DNA of 64,000 bases from Octopus sinensis (Eukaryota). Below are positions 25,446-37,300 of the stretch, one piece after another. Numbering within the stretch: the stretch's first letter is position 1; each line of letters begins with the position of its first letter. Location of the stretch: contig NC_042998.1 of the NCBI RefSeq assembly GCF_006345805.1, forward strand, positions 197,098,001-197,162,000, read 5' to 3'. The notes beneath the pieces were generated by a model that saw only the letters and a list, made by a program, of their open reading frames with translations, did no database searches and had not been told where the DNA came from. The translations under genes were made by a program, and so were the position numbers.

Positions 25446-25652
25446 ATGTATGTGTGTGTCTGTGTTTGTCCCCCTAGCATTGCTTGACAACCGATGCTGG
25501 TGTGTTTACGTCCCCGTCACTTAGCTGTTCGGCAAAAGAGACCGATAGAATAAGTACTGGGCTTACAAAGAATAAGTCCCGGGGTCGATTTGCTCGACTA
25601 AAGGCGGTGCTCCAGCATGGCCGCAATCAAATGACTGAAACAAATAAAAGAG
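25446..25652 (+). mobile_element. Family O SINE, 3' half
   Basis: atgtatgtgtgtgtctgtgtttgtccccc...gactgaaacaaataaaagag; lacks its head locally. Confidence 0.85.
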
Positions 25653-26038
25653 AAAAAAAGTGTAAAGAGATAGACAGACATATATGAAAACATGAATACA
25701 CATGCATGTATAGTAAACATCAGACTATCAACTTATAATAACGAGCCATTGCAGTACATTACAATGATAAGTGGATCCTCATATTCTACCTCCCCTCAGA
25801 TACTTTCAACTCATGGGTTTCTCATGACTTATCACCAAACTGCTGTTCTACTCCCAGTCCTTCCTTCCCCAAATCTCTGAATTTCTTCCCCCATCTCTGC
25901 ATATGTTTTCCTTGTAGTGAGATCAATGTGGTTAAAACTCCAAGAGGAGTCTCAACCACATTGATTCCACTAGTTGAGGAGGGTCTGTGGACATGGTTAC
26001 GATATTTTTTTCCATGCTGCCCCAAATGGTAGCAAAAC

Positions 26039-26295
26039 ATCATCATCATCGTTTAACGTCCTCTTTCCATGCTAGCTTGGGTTGGACAGTTCGACTGGGG
26101 TCTGGGAAGCCAGGAGGCTGCACCAGGCCCAGTCTGATCTGGCAGTGTTTCTACAGCTGGATGCCCTTCCTAATGCCAACCACTCCGTGAGTGTAGTGAG
26201 TGCTTTTTACATGCCACCGGCACTGGTGCCAGGGGAGGCTGGCAGCGGCCACGATCGGTTGGTGCTTTTTACATGTCACCGGCACGGAAGCCAGT
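26039..26295 (-). mobile_element. Family R SINE
   Basis: Reverse RTE-type tail. Confidence 0.85.
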
Positions 26296-26715
26296 TAACA
26301 CTGGTCCAAAAATACAACCAAGCTCTACAAAGTTCCATAAAAATTAGCCATGAAAGCTTGGTTTATAAGGAAATGCAAACTAAAAAATAACCCCCAGAAA
26401 CGACATCTGAGCAATAAACTATGAAAAGTTGCTGAAGGTAACTTGGAAATAACGGTTAGGAATTTAACTCCAGTGATGTTGATTTTATCAGTAACATCAT
26501 TACTGCCAACTATTAAAAAAAATATTGTTATATTTCGGAATGGTCATATTGCCAGTTTAGCCAATAAATCTTGCACAACAAATATTTAAACGTATTAAAA
26601 AAAATTTTAATTGGAAACATCACTGATAACTGCTTCCTCCATATCAGACAGTCTAAACACATTAATGGACTTAGAAATGTTACTGTCCCAAACCAAATGC
26701 AAAAAAAGCTAATAA

Positions 26716-27117
26716 GGCACAGTAGTGGCTGTGTGGTAAGTAGCTTGTTTACCAACCACATGGTTCCGGGTTCAGTCCCACAGCGTGGCACCTTGGGCAA
26801 GTGTCTTCTACTATAGCCTCGGGCCGACCAAAGCCTTGTGAGTGGATTTGGTAGACGGAAACTGAAAGGAGCCTGTCGTATATATGTATATATATGTATG
26901 TGTTTGTGTGTCTGTGTTTGTCCCCCTAGCATTGCTTGACAACCGATGCTGGTGTGTTTATGTCCCTGTCACTTAGCGGTTCGGCAAAAAGAGACCGATA
27001 GAATAAGTACTGGGCTTACAAAGAATAAGTCCCGGGGTCGATTTGCTCAACTAAAGGCGGTGCTCCAGCATGGCTGCAGTCAACTGACTGAAACAAGTAA
27101 AAGAGTAAAGAGTAAGG
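26716..27117 (+). mobile_element. Family O SINE, full length
   Basis: Head, linker and tail all present. Confidence 0.85.
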
Positions 27118-27968
27118 AATACAAAGCAATAATAAAATATCATTAATACCTAAGTTCAAACATTCTGAAAGAAAAACTATTATTCTTGGTGGTCTCAAGA
27201 TTTCAAGAAAGATGGTTCTGCAATTTCACTTTCTGAATAACCAGCACAAATGATTCGTTTATAGTGATCAAATGTTTGTGCTGTATATAAGCCCACGCTC
27301 TCCTTCGAATCTACATTGCCTACACAAAGGCACGGTGTACCACACACCAAAAATCAAAGTGATCACTCAAGAACACAACACACTGCCCAGTCTGGGAATT
27401 GAAATCACGATCTCACAATTGTGAGTGCAACACCCTAACTACTTGGTTATGTTCCCTCACAAAAAAAAAAAAATGCTGTTATGTATAACAGGAAGGTTTA
27501 CGAAAATAAACAAGACGAAGGCAGGTGGAGTACAAACAAACAAATGTATTAGTATGGCGCTCAGGAATAGAAATAAAACAAGTCTTTTACGTTTTGAGCT
27601 TACGCTCTTCAACAGAAAGATACACAGAAAAGAAACAAGGAGAGAGGTTTATCATCCTTACATTGCTACCCATCTGTTTTCTTTACTGCTGCTGTGCTCT
27701 CATCTATTTTGCCTTAATTAGATACAACGATTAGGTCTCTTTGTCTATAATATCGACTCCCACTAAACCTGAATGTCAGGCAGCTACAGCCCTCTCTGAG
27801 GATCTCCCCTGGCAAATGTACTTCCTCAACTATGCAAATACTGGCCTTCCCCTTCAAGGCTGATTTTTGTCTATGTATGCTCCCTTACCTTGTTTTTATG
27901 TCTAACTGACTGTCTGGCAGGAAGTAAATACTGACAACACACACAACGTACAATGAATTTCTCTTCAG

Positions 27969-28036
27969 GTGAGATTCCTAATTCAGTGGTTCGCAGAAAG
28001 AAGATTGTCGAAGAGGTTGTTGAAGAGAAACCTAAG
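27969..28036 (+). CDS. Exon 4 (GEIPNSVVRRKKIVEEVVEEKPK)
   Basis: Acceptor atttctcttcAG, donor GTAAGC, 68 nt, phase 1 to 0; supplies the phase change needed between exons 3 and 5. Confidence 0.8.
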
Positions 28037-28100
28037 GTAAGCTAACGAGTTGATGTAATCAACTAACACCCTCCCTCTGAAACCATTATTATTAGTGTGA

Positions 28101-28329
28101 TTAACCCTTTTCGTTAGCAACCTGGCTGAAACCAGCTCTGGCTCTGAGTACAAATGTCTTGTTTTCGTAAGTTTTGAATTAAAATCTTCCGCCAAACCTT
28201 AGTCACAATTTATGTTCCTAACACTAGCTTAATGATAGCTAAGTTATTTTACTAAATTCTTTGTTATATTTAAAGTAATTGAAAGAAATACAGAGCATCT
28301 CAATAGAAATATGGTAACGAAAGGGTTAA
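28101..28329. mobile_element. piggyBac-like MITE
   Basis: TTAA-CCCTTT...AAAGGG-TTAA termini with ~15-bp imperfect TIRs. Confidence 0.7.
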
Positions 28330-28352
28330 AATATATAATAGAGAAACAATTC

Positions 28353-28480
28353 TTAACCCTTTTGATACCAACCTGGCTGAAATTGCCTCTGGCTTTGAGT
28401 ACAAATGCCTTGTTTTCATAAGTTCTGAATTGAAAGAAACACAGAGCTTCTCAACAGAAATATGGTAACAAAAGGGTTAA
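28353..28480. mobile_element. Internally deleted copy of the same MITE
   Basis: Same termini and shared internal blocks as 28101-28329. Confidence 0.7.
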
Positions 28481-28891
28481 GGCTGTGAACTGGAAAGAAT
28501 CATTAGCACATCAAGCCCCATGCTTGGCATCCTTTTGTCCGTCTTTGCATTTCTGAATTCAAATGCTGCTGAGGTCAACTTTGCCTTTCATCCTTTTAGG
28601 GTCAATAAAATAAATATCAGTTGAGCACTGGGGTCAATGTAATTTGCTGGCCTTGTGCCAAAATTTGAAATATCATTATTATTATTATTATTATGGTTTG
28701 GCTCAGGTTCGGTCTTATTCCTGGTACGATTTATGTGGGTAGTGGGTTACTTCCTGTAATGTTAGGTATCTGCAAGTTTTCATCTGTCTTTCAAGTGCTT
28801 AAAACCCACCTTATAATCCTTCCTGTCCCTAAGAGAAAATCTTTCGGTTGAAGCTCATAAAGAGCCCCCTATTATTATTATTATTATTATT

Positions 28892-29448
28892 GAATGAGAG
28901 AGCAGTGCATGCCATCAAAGTGACACTGGGGTAAAATATACGAAGCCCAGTATACCCATCATGACTACTCATCTGATAAGGGTACACCAGGCACATGCAT
29001 CACAACCATATGTGTGCGACATGGTGATCTCATATCAAGATAAACAGCACATGACCTTGCAAGTGGGGCCCAGTTAGAATTTTCTTCTGGTCGAGTAACC
29101 CATCCTGCTCAAAAGGTCCCTGAATAAGGGTTGTTTAAGGATGTTGAGCAAAACACCAAAGGTTCCAGAGGTGAATTATCCAAACCTCTAAGAATTTCTC
29201 TCAACACATGGTTATGATGCTCCCCTACTATTTCTCCTTGGGATCAGAGACGCACATATCGTCAGCCACTAAGGGACATGCTCAACTGGTTATGGTCAAA
29301 CAACTGACAAGTAAATCTGTGGTATTGAGCAGAATATTTTCTGTAGCCCATCTTTTATACCAAGACAAAACAATGTACATGATAACACTTCCAATCAGTT
29401 AAGATCAGCAGCCATGAGAGCCACTGCCTGGTACTGCATCGGGGCATT
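28892..29448 (-). mobile_element. ~560-bp element embedded in (TAA)n, family T
   Basis: (ATT)n on both flanks; homologous to 59541-60090 and, inverted, to 29651-29892. Confidence 0.7.
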
Positions 29449-29650
29449 TAATATTATTATTATTATTATTATTACTATTATTATTCAGTAGCCCATATAC
29501 TACGGAAAGCACTCTCCATCTAAAATGGAATAAATGTGGTGATAATTTTAGCATGCATAGCAAAACAAAAATACCTTTGCTACTCTTGGTAACTGAAATA
29601 AAGTTATAATGTAAAGAAACCATAAATGATAATAATAATAATAATAATAA

Positions 29651-29892
29651 TAGATGCCCAGACAGTGGCTCTCGTGGCTTCTGATCTTAACTGATTGGAA
29701 GCGTTATCATGTACATTGTTTTGTCTTGGTATAAAAGATGGGCTACAGCAAATATTCTGCTCAATACCACAGATTTGCTTGTCAGTTGTTTGACCGTAAC
29801 CAGTTGAGCATGTCCCTTAGTGGCTGACGATATGTGCATCTCTGATCACGAGCAAAAGTAGGGTGGGTAGCATTCACTGCTCTCTCACTCAA
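29651..29892 (+). mobile_element. Family T deletion derivative retaining both ends
   Basis: agatgccc... start and ...cactgctctctcactca end, flanked by (AAT)n. Confidence 0.7.
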
Positions 29893-29907
29893 TGATAATA
29901 ATAATAA

Positions 29908-31385
29908 GACAGACAAAGGTAGCGTACCAGTTTAGAGATAGTAAAAGAAAAATTAACCATTTGCTCTACATGGATGATCTGAAGCTTTTTTTTAGTAAGA
30001 AGAAAAAAAAGTTACATTCCTTAATATAAACTGTAACACTCTGCAGCAAGGATAAGTGTGCAATGTCTGTCATAAAAAAGGGACAAATAGTCAGCAGTAA
30101 AGGCATTCAGTTACCAGAAGGCTTGACATTAAAATCACTGAAAGAAGGACAGAGTTATAAGTATCTTGGAGTATTAGAATCCGACAGAGTACTAACAATA
30201 GGAATGAAAGTGAAAATTGAGAAGGAGTACATCAGAAGGAAGAGGAAGCTAATGAAGTCAAAGCTAAATGGTTCAAATCTAGGGAAGGCTGTAAATACTT
30301 GGGCAATATTGTTACTTAGATATTCAGCAGCTTTTGTAGACTGGACAAAATCTGAATTAGTAAATCTAGACAAGAAGAACTAGGAAGGAATTCAATATGA
30401 ATGGAGGACTTCACCCAAGAGCAGGAGTAGCAAGATTATATTTAATTAGAAAGGAAAGTGGAAGAGGGTTAATGTCAGTAGAAGACTGCATGGGGTTAAC
30501 TAGAGAAGATACAGCCGCCTATGTGGGTAATAAGGAAAAAAGTTTAAGTGCTGCTAGAGTAACAATAGGAAATAGGGTAACTAAAAAACTGAATGAAGTT
30601 AAAAATTAGAGAAAAAGGAAGATTATCTGGCTTTTTATGGTAGATTCCCAAAGATAGTTCCAAATCATGAGACATGGTTATGTTGCAGAAAGGAAGGCTG
30701 GAAAGGGAGTTATAAAGTTTGTTAGTAGCAGCACAAGATCAAGTATTGAGGAATAATTGGGTAAAAGCCAAGATAGATAAAAACCAGGTAGATTCCAAAT
30801 GTAGGTTGTATAAATCAAAAGAGGAAAGTGTTACTCATATATAGTAAGTGAATGTAGCAGAAAGAATACAAGAAAAGTCATAACAATCTAGGGAGGATAA
30901 TCCACTGGGAGATATGTAGAAAACTAGGATTTCACCATACTGCTGAATGGTTTGAACATAAACCTAGCAAAGTGTTAGAAAGTATGAAGTATAAGATGTT
31001 GTGGGATCTTAACATTCAGACTGACAGAGTAGTAGAAGCTAGAAAGCCTGATTTAGTAGTAGTAGTAGTAGTAGTAGTAGCAGCAGCAGTAGTAGTAGTA
31101 GTAGACAAAGAGAATAGAAAGTGCCAGGTAATTGGCTTTACAGTCCCAAATGAGAAGAAAGTCAACACGAGAGGTTTGTAGAAAATAGCAAAATGCCAGA
31201 ACCTAGTCATTGAGTTGCAAAGGCTGTGGGAAGTTTGACATAAAATTCAGTTTAGTGCAGCTCTAGAAAATTGTGTTATTAGGGACAACTAGGATACTTA
31301 GGAAAGGTTCTTTGCATCTAAGGTTACCTATTGTAGCCCGATGTTAGGAATCCTTCTTTTCCAACAGTTGAATCTGTTGTGCATA
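29908..31385 (+). mobile_element. 5'-truncated, degenerate R4/Dong-like non-LTR retrotransposon (RT plus restriction-like endonuclease)
   Basis: INHLLYMDDLKLF (YMDD 29967-29978), YKYLGVLE, HPRAGVARLY...GGRGL-like motif, KCRL...ESVTHIVSEC zinc knuckle remnant, RKPDL endonuclease motif; frameshifts and stops. Confidence 0.9.
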
Positions 31386-31387
31386 TA

Positions 31388-31618
31388 CGAAGGCGGTGAG
31401 CTGGCAGTAACGTTAGCACGCTGGGCGAAATGCTTAGCAGTATTTTCTCTGTCGTTACGTTCTGAGTTCAAATTCTACCGGGGTCGACTTAGCCTTTCAT
31501 CCTTTCAGGGTCGATAAAGTACCAGTTTTACACTGGGGTCGATGTAATCGACTTAATTCCTTTGTCTGCCCTTGTTTGTCCCCTCTGTGTTTAGCCCCTT
31601 GTGGGTAGTGAAGAAATA
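31388..31618 (+). mobile_element. Family M SINE
   Basis: Head aaggcggtgagctggcag, tail gtgggtagtgaagaaat. Confidence 0.85.
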
Positions 31619-31698
31619 TATATGAAATAATAGTGATAATTTTGGATAAAATGTTTTAATGAGAATTTAAAGGAAATTTTTTTTTTTTTTTGTAATAG

Positions 31699-31758
31699 GA
31701 TAAGCTAATATCCGGAGTCTGGAAAATAGATAGACCGATTGATATTGATGCTGCTCAG
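31699..31758 (+). CDS. Exon 5 (DKLISGVWKIDRPIDIDAAQ)
   Basis: Poly-T tract then gtaatAG, donor GTAAGT, 60 nt, only phase 0 is open. Confidence 0.8.
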
Positions 31759-32039
31759 GTAAGTGTGTTATATCTTGTGTAATGATACAAGGACATATTT
31801 TGTATAACATCTAAGGATGTTATATGTTTATATTTCTGACATGATATGAATGCAAGTGAAGTTGTCTTGATTAAAATGTTCATGTCATCATTTTAGTGTT
31901 TCTTGGCACCAAAAGCATAGATTGTAGAAAAATCTTTGAGGGTATATAACATTCCCAGCTTCTCTAATATTTATTGTTGTAAGAGTTGATAGTATCTTCC
32001 TGTGATGTGTTGCACAATTTGAGAGTTGATGAAAGGAAA

Positions 32040-32331
32040 ACTAGTGAGGTCATCGCCAGTGTCGCTGGACTGGCTCCTGTGCAGGTGGCACATAAAAAGC
32101 ACAATTTGGGCATGGCCGTTGCCAGTACCACCAAACTGGCCCTCGTGCTGGTGGCATGTAAAAGCACCCACTACACTCTCGGAGTGGTTGGTGTTAGGAA
32201 GGGCATCCAGCTGTAGAAACTCTGTCAGATCAGATTGGAGCCTGGTGCAGCCATTTGGTTCGCCAGTCCTCAGTCAAATCGTCCAACCCATGCCAGCATG
32301 GAAAGCAGAGTTAAATGATGATGATGATGGC
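32040..32331 (+). mobile_element. Family R SINE
   Basis: RTE-type tail plus (GAT)n. Confidence 0.85.
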
Positions 32332-32861
32332 AGTGTCTTTAGTTGTCATATTGTTTACTCATTGCATACCAACAACATTTAGGAGTCGGTCTACAGTTGT
32401 GTCTTCAGATTCTAATCCAGCGTATACGTTGGATTTCCTTGAGTTCACTCATGGCACAAATAGCTGTGTGTGTAAAATATGGCATCAGAAGATGCCAACT
32501 GGAAAATATAGTGAATGAGTTTACTCACAACTAGTCTGCTGCTAACAATTACTAATACTTTACGAAACTGGTATCAAGAACCAAGTGGTCATGTTGACCC
32601 AAGCAATGGATTAAACCAACCTCTCATGAGTCTCAAGGCTACACAACATCAAGAACAACAGTAACAGTTTTCGGCTAGTCTTATAATAGCTCAGTTTTGC
32701 ATGATGAGGTGCCATAAAAAAGTCATGGGCTATGATCCTATGGTTTATCAAAAGTATTTTGGTGCTTTAGTTCCAAACACTGTACATCTTTGAAGAAACC
32801 ATTTTAAACACACTTACACCATACATATACCATTATATTCATTCTAATTTGATTTGGGGGG

Positions 32862-33100
32862 TGACAGGTCAGAAAACAACACAGCTCCCATGACTTTCGG
32901 AAACATTTTTTCACGCTCAGAGTTGCTGAAGCATGGAACAAACTGCCTGCGTCAGTTGTTGACTGCCATGACACTGCATCCTTTAAGACCCTCATGCTTT
33001 CCGAAATCCGCCGAAACTACACCTGATTATATATACACTTTAGATGAGTTGTAGTGCACCTGAGCACTGTACACAATGTTTTTATTATTATTATTATTAT
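32862..33100 (+). mobile_element. CR1-clade LINE 3' end (second family)
   Basis: FRKHFFTLRVAEAWNKLPASVV...stop, then 3' UTR and (ATT)n tail. Confidence 0.8.
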
Positions 33101-33739
33101 ATTGTAAAGTATCAACACATCTATGCCTTGGTCATCGACACAGTTCTACAACATCTCTAAATATGTTTTAAATATATAGGCACCGGCACAGCTGTGTGCT
33201 TAAGAAGTTTGCTTCATAACTTTGTAGTTTCGGGTTCAATCCCCTTGAACACCTTATGTCTTTCACTACAGCATTTGGCTGACCAAAGCCCTGCAAATAA
33301 AATTGACAACCAGTTCTTGGATGGGATACTTCATCTATTTCCTGATTTAACATCATCCCCTGAACATCCTTGAGTGCCTTTATTGGAGTTGACTCTGTTG
33401 GAAGCTTTTGGGTGAAGGCCTCTGGTCAGAAGATAACCTACTTCTGTTTACCAGTTTTAGGGGCTTTTTGGAAAGGGTTATGATCATTACTTTCTTGCCA
33501 TGACCAAGCAAAAATAATGAATAAGTAAATAAATAATCTTTTAAATATGATTTCACTCACTGAACCCTTGTAACCAAAGTGATGTTGGATTTAATCTCAT
33601 GTCATTGTTACTGACCAAATGGTTAAGATTATTAAGATGTCCTTTGTTTTTAAGATTATAGGCTGTGATTTGAAGGACATTTAACTGTTATTAAGTCTAC
33701 AGGAAGCTATGATGGTGGTGATGGTGGTAAAAAAAAATA

Positions 33740-34150
33740 GTTGTAGCCAGCGCCGACTCGACTGGCTTCTGTGCCGGTGGCACATAAAAAGCACCATCCA
33801 AATATGGCCGATGCCAGCGCCGCCCCGACTGGCTTCTGTGCCGGTGGCACATAAAAAGCACCATCCGAACGTTGCCAGCGCCGCCTTGGCTGGCTTCTGT
33901 GCCACTGGCACGTTAAAAGCTCCAACCGATCGCCGGCCAATGCCGGACGCCCCCCTGGCACCTGTGCAGGTGGCACGTAAAAAGCACCCACTACACTCGC
34001 GGAGTGGTTGGCGTTAGGAAGGGCATCCAGCCATAGAAACTCTGCCAGATCAGACTGGAGCCTGGAGCAGCCCCTGGCTTCCCAGACCCCGGTTGAACTG
34101 TCCAACCCGTGCTAGCGCGGAAAACGGACGTTAAACGATGATGATGATGA
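33740..34150 (+). mobile_element. Family R SINE with internal repeats
   Basis: Internal cacataaaaagcacc units plus tail. Confidence 0.85.
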
Positions 34151-34245
34151 AGTGGTGGTGTTATTTGGGGTGGTGGTAGTGGTGTTTTGTGGGTTTCATC
34201 TAAGCTATTGCCATTAGGTTCTAGTTACCATTACAATATTGCTGT

Positions 34246-34276
<31 letters not shown>

Positions 34277-34361
34277 GCAGGGGTTTGCTTTGTATGACTT
34301 CGCAACTGTTTTTAATGATGATGACTGTCACCTGATGCTCATTTTTTTCTCTTACATTCAG

Positions 34362-34440
34362 CTTGGAGAGTCTTTGGTCAGCGTAATTGATGCAAGCTTG
34401 ATAACCCAGTCCTTGGAAGAAATTAAAGCAATGAGCGAAG
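34362..34440 (+). CDS. Exon 6 (LGESLVSVIDASLITQSLEEIKAMSE)
   Basis: Acceptor tttttctcttacattcAG, donor GTTAGT, 79 nt, phase 0 to 1. Confidence 0.75.
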
Positions 34441-34580
34441 GTTAGTTATTGTTCCATATCTTATTATAAGCAAAAACCAAGATTGGGTGCCTGACATCTG
34501 GAATGCTGTTAGGCATTCATAGTTCTCTGCCAATTGGATATTGTGGCCAGTGGTATGCCCACCCTTGCATTTATAGAAGA

Positions 34581-35090
34581 CTAGCAGCTAAGCCCGGTTT
34601 CACCCGGTCTGTTTGGATGATGTGGCTGTGATCGTTTTTGTAAGTTCGGACCTGTACATGGTAGCTAGACCTGGTAGAAATAGCAGCCAAATTTCCCTCA
34701 AAACACCCTATTGTCTTAATCTGACAATTCTACTTATTATGTAGTTTGAATGAGAAACTGTAACTAAAGATTAAAATTTTTAACCCCACAAAGAGGTGAA
34801 AGAAGACAACAAAAGTTCTGCCTGACTGTCATCCTGTACTCCTCTTGTTGCTAGCGAAATGGTATATGCCAGCTGTGTGAGCAACTGGTTGTTTTAATGG
34901 TGGAACAAACAGGGGAATTCCATTAGAAAAAGGTTTAATCGATGTTCTCAGTAAGTATGAGGGCTAAGAAAAAAATAAAAACTGAATTCCAATCTATGCA
35001 CCCATCTCCATATGTGTGCCATTTTCACGTGAATCCACCCAGCTGTTTGGCTGTGAACCTCAAGACAAGAAAGAATACAACGATCACCCA
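34581..35090 (-). mobile_element. Helitron-like 3' end, family C (5' limit uncertain)
   Basis: Minus strand ends ccgggtgaaaccgggcttagctgCTAG followed by T. Confidence 0.5.
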
Positions 35091-35094
35091 TGTC

Positions 35095-35542
35095 CAGTGT
35101 CGGTGACACATAAGAAAACACCATCCGAGCGTGGCCGTCTGCCAGCCTCGTCTGGCACCTGTGTCGGTGGCACATAAAAAACACCATCCGAGCGTGGCCG
35201 TCTGCCAGCCTCGTCTGCACCTGTGTCGGTGGCACATAAAAAACACCATCCGAGCGTGGCCGTCTGCCAGCCTCGTCTGGCACCTGTGTCGGTGGCACAT
35301 AAAAAACACCATCCGAGCGTGGCCGTCTGCCAGCCTCGTCTGGCACCTGTGTCGGTGGCACATAAAATCACCACTACACTCTCGGAGTGTTGGCGTTAGG
35401 AAGGGCATCCAGCTGTAGAAACACTGCCACATCTGACTGGCCTGGTGCAGCCTTCGGGCTTCCCAGACCCCAGTTGAACCGTCCAACCCATGCTAGCATG
35501 GAAAGCGGACGTTAAACGATGATGATGATGATGATGATGATG
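35095..35542 (+). mobile_element. Family R SINE with ~4 x 62-63 bp internal repeats
   Basis: aaacaccatccgagcgtggccgtctgccagcctcgtctggcacctgtgtcggtggcacataa repeated. Confidence 0.9.
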
Positions 35543-35659
35543 ATTAGGAGTGGACAAGAGCAACTTCATTTTTGCAAAGAGTTTGAATGTTGACAAAGAT
35601 CAACGGAGTAAACTATTCCAAAGTTGTCCATAGCCTAGGGGATACAGAAAACCTCTAGA

Positions 35660-35880
35660 AACCTTTTGCTATTCTTCGGCCAGTATGGAAGTCCACTGCC
35701 ATCTTAACTCGAACTAAACTCCGCTTATTTAGTTCAAACATAAAATCTGTGCTTTTGTATGGCTCTGAAACATGGAGAGCCACCTGCAGCAACTACAAGA
35801 AGATCTAGACCGTCATCAACAAATGCCTACGGCAGATCCTCCATCTGAAGTGGTTTGACAGAGTGCCAAACACCAACCTG
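35660..35880 (+). mobile_element. RTE-clade LINE RT C-terminal fragment
   Basis: LRPVWKSTAILTRTKLRLFSSNIKSVLLYGSETW...CLRQILHLKWFDRV. Confidence 0.8.
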
Positions 35881-36009
35881 AAAGGATTTAAATTGCTTAT
35901 CTGAAATATTCTTAATTAAGTTGATTTCTTCAGTTACCTAAGCACTCCATTGGGCTAGTTCTTAACTATGATAGTTTTCTTAGGGGTTTTCTTTATAGGG
36001 CTTGGTTAC

Positions 36010-36292
36010 ATGCTAGCATGGGTTGGACGATTGACTGAGGGCTGGCGAACCAGATGGCTGCACCAAGCTCCAATCTGATCTGGCAGAGTTTCTACAGCTG
36101 GATGCCCTTCCTAATGCCAACCACTTCGAGAGTGTTGTGGGTGCACAGGGGCCAGTCAGGCAGTACTGGCAATGCCCTCATTCGAATCTTTCTACACATG
36201 CCACCGGCACAGGTGCCAGTAAGGCGACATTGATAACGATCACGCTCAAATGGTGCCCTTTTACATGCCACCGGCACGGAGCCAGTTAGCTG
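36010..36292 (-). mobile_element. Family R SINE
   Basis: Reverse RTE-type tail. Confidence 0.8.
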
Positions 36293-36441
36293 CTCTATAT
36301 GTTGCTGCCATTTCAAGTTTAGGGCCATTCATAACATTCTTGCGTAGCAGCCATCTAGCTCATTTGGTCATTTCTTTGTCAGTGTCCATGCTTCACTGCC
36401 ATATAAGAGCACTGGTTCAGCAGTTGCAATGAATAACTTAC

Positions 36442-36875
36442 CCTTTTACTCTTTTACTCTTTTACTTGTTTCAGTCATTTGACTGCGGCCATGCTGGAGC
36501 ACCACCTTTAGTCGAGCAAATCGACCCCGGGACTTATTCTTTGTAAGCCCAGTACTTATTCTATCGGTCTCTTTTGCCGAACCGCTAAGTGACGGGGACA
36601 TAAACACACCAGCATCGGTTGTCAAGCAATGCTAGGGGGACAAACACAGACACACACACATACACACACACACATATATAATATATATATATATATATAT
36701 ACACATATATATGACAGGCTTCTTTCAGTTTCCGTCTACCAAATCCACTCACAAGGCATTGGTTGGCCCGGGGCTATAGCAGAAGACACTTGCCCAAGAT
36801 GCCATGCAGTGGGACTGAACCTGGAACCATGTGGTTGGTAAGCAAGCTACTTACCACACAGCCACTCCTACGCCT
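36442..36875 (-). mobile_element. Family O SINE, full length
   Basis: Tail, linker and head all present. Confidence 0.85.
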
Positions 36876-37084
36876 ATGATTTTGTGATTACTAAAAGATT
36901 TGGAAAAGTTATTGATGGCAGCTTATCTAGTCAAAGCAGAAAGTTGTTTCTCTTCTTTACTATTATAGAAACCATAGTTAAAAACTAGCCCAACGGAGTG
37001 TTTAGATTGCTGAGGAAATTGACTTAATTAAGAATATTTCAAATAGGTAAATTAGATCCTTTCTGGTTTTTCACATTGTTGAAA

Positions 37085-37300
37085 TTTTAATACGGGTTTC
37101 AACCAGTGCTTGAAAGCCATCTGAGACCAAATCAAACTGGATTTAGACCAGAGAGAGAGCCACAACATCTCGGTTCATAGCTCTGAGGCATATCACTGAG
37201 GGAGTTGAATCAAGACAGCGAATGTATTTGACAGGATCTATTGTGACAAAATGATCCTTTGAGCATAGAGCATTCTAGAAGAACTAGTTTTTGCCATTGC
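37085..37300 (+). mobile_element. Degenerate non-LTR RT N-terminal fragment
   Basis: PVLESHLRPNQTGFRP motif resembles the LINE RT Q-x-GFR motif. Confidence 0.55.

Noticed and set aside
25918-25995. Candidate exon after ttttccttgtAG
   Set aside because: Only phase 2 stays open, whereas phase 1 is required, and there is no good donor.
27570-27640. Penelope-like terminal motif (acgttttgagcttacgctcttc)
   Set aside because: Too short, and no RT or GIY-YIG coding remnant could be confirmed.
32383-32534. Candidate extra exon after tttAG with protein-like frames
   Set aside because: The required phase 0 hits TAA after 10 codons and no suitable donor exists; exons 5 and 6 already join in frame.
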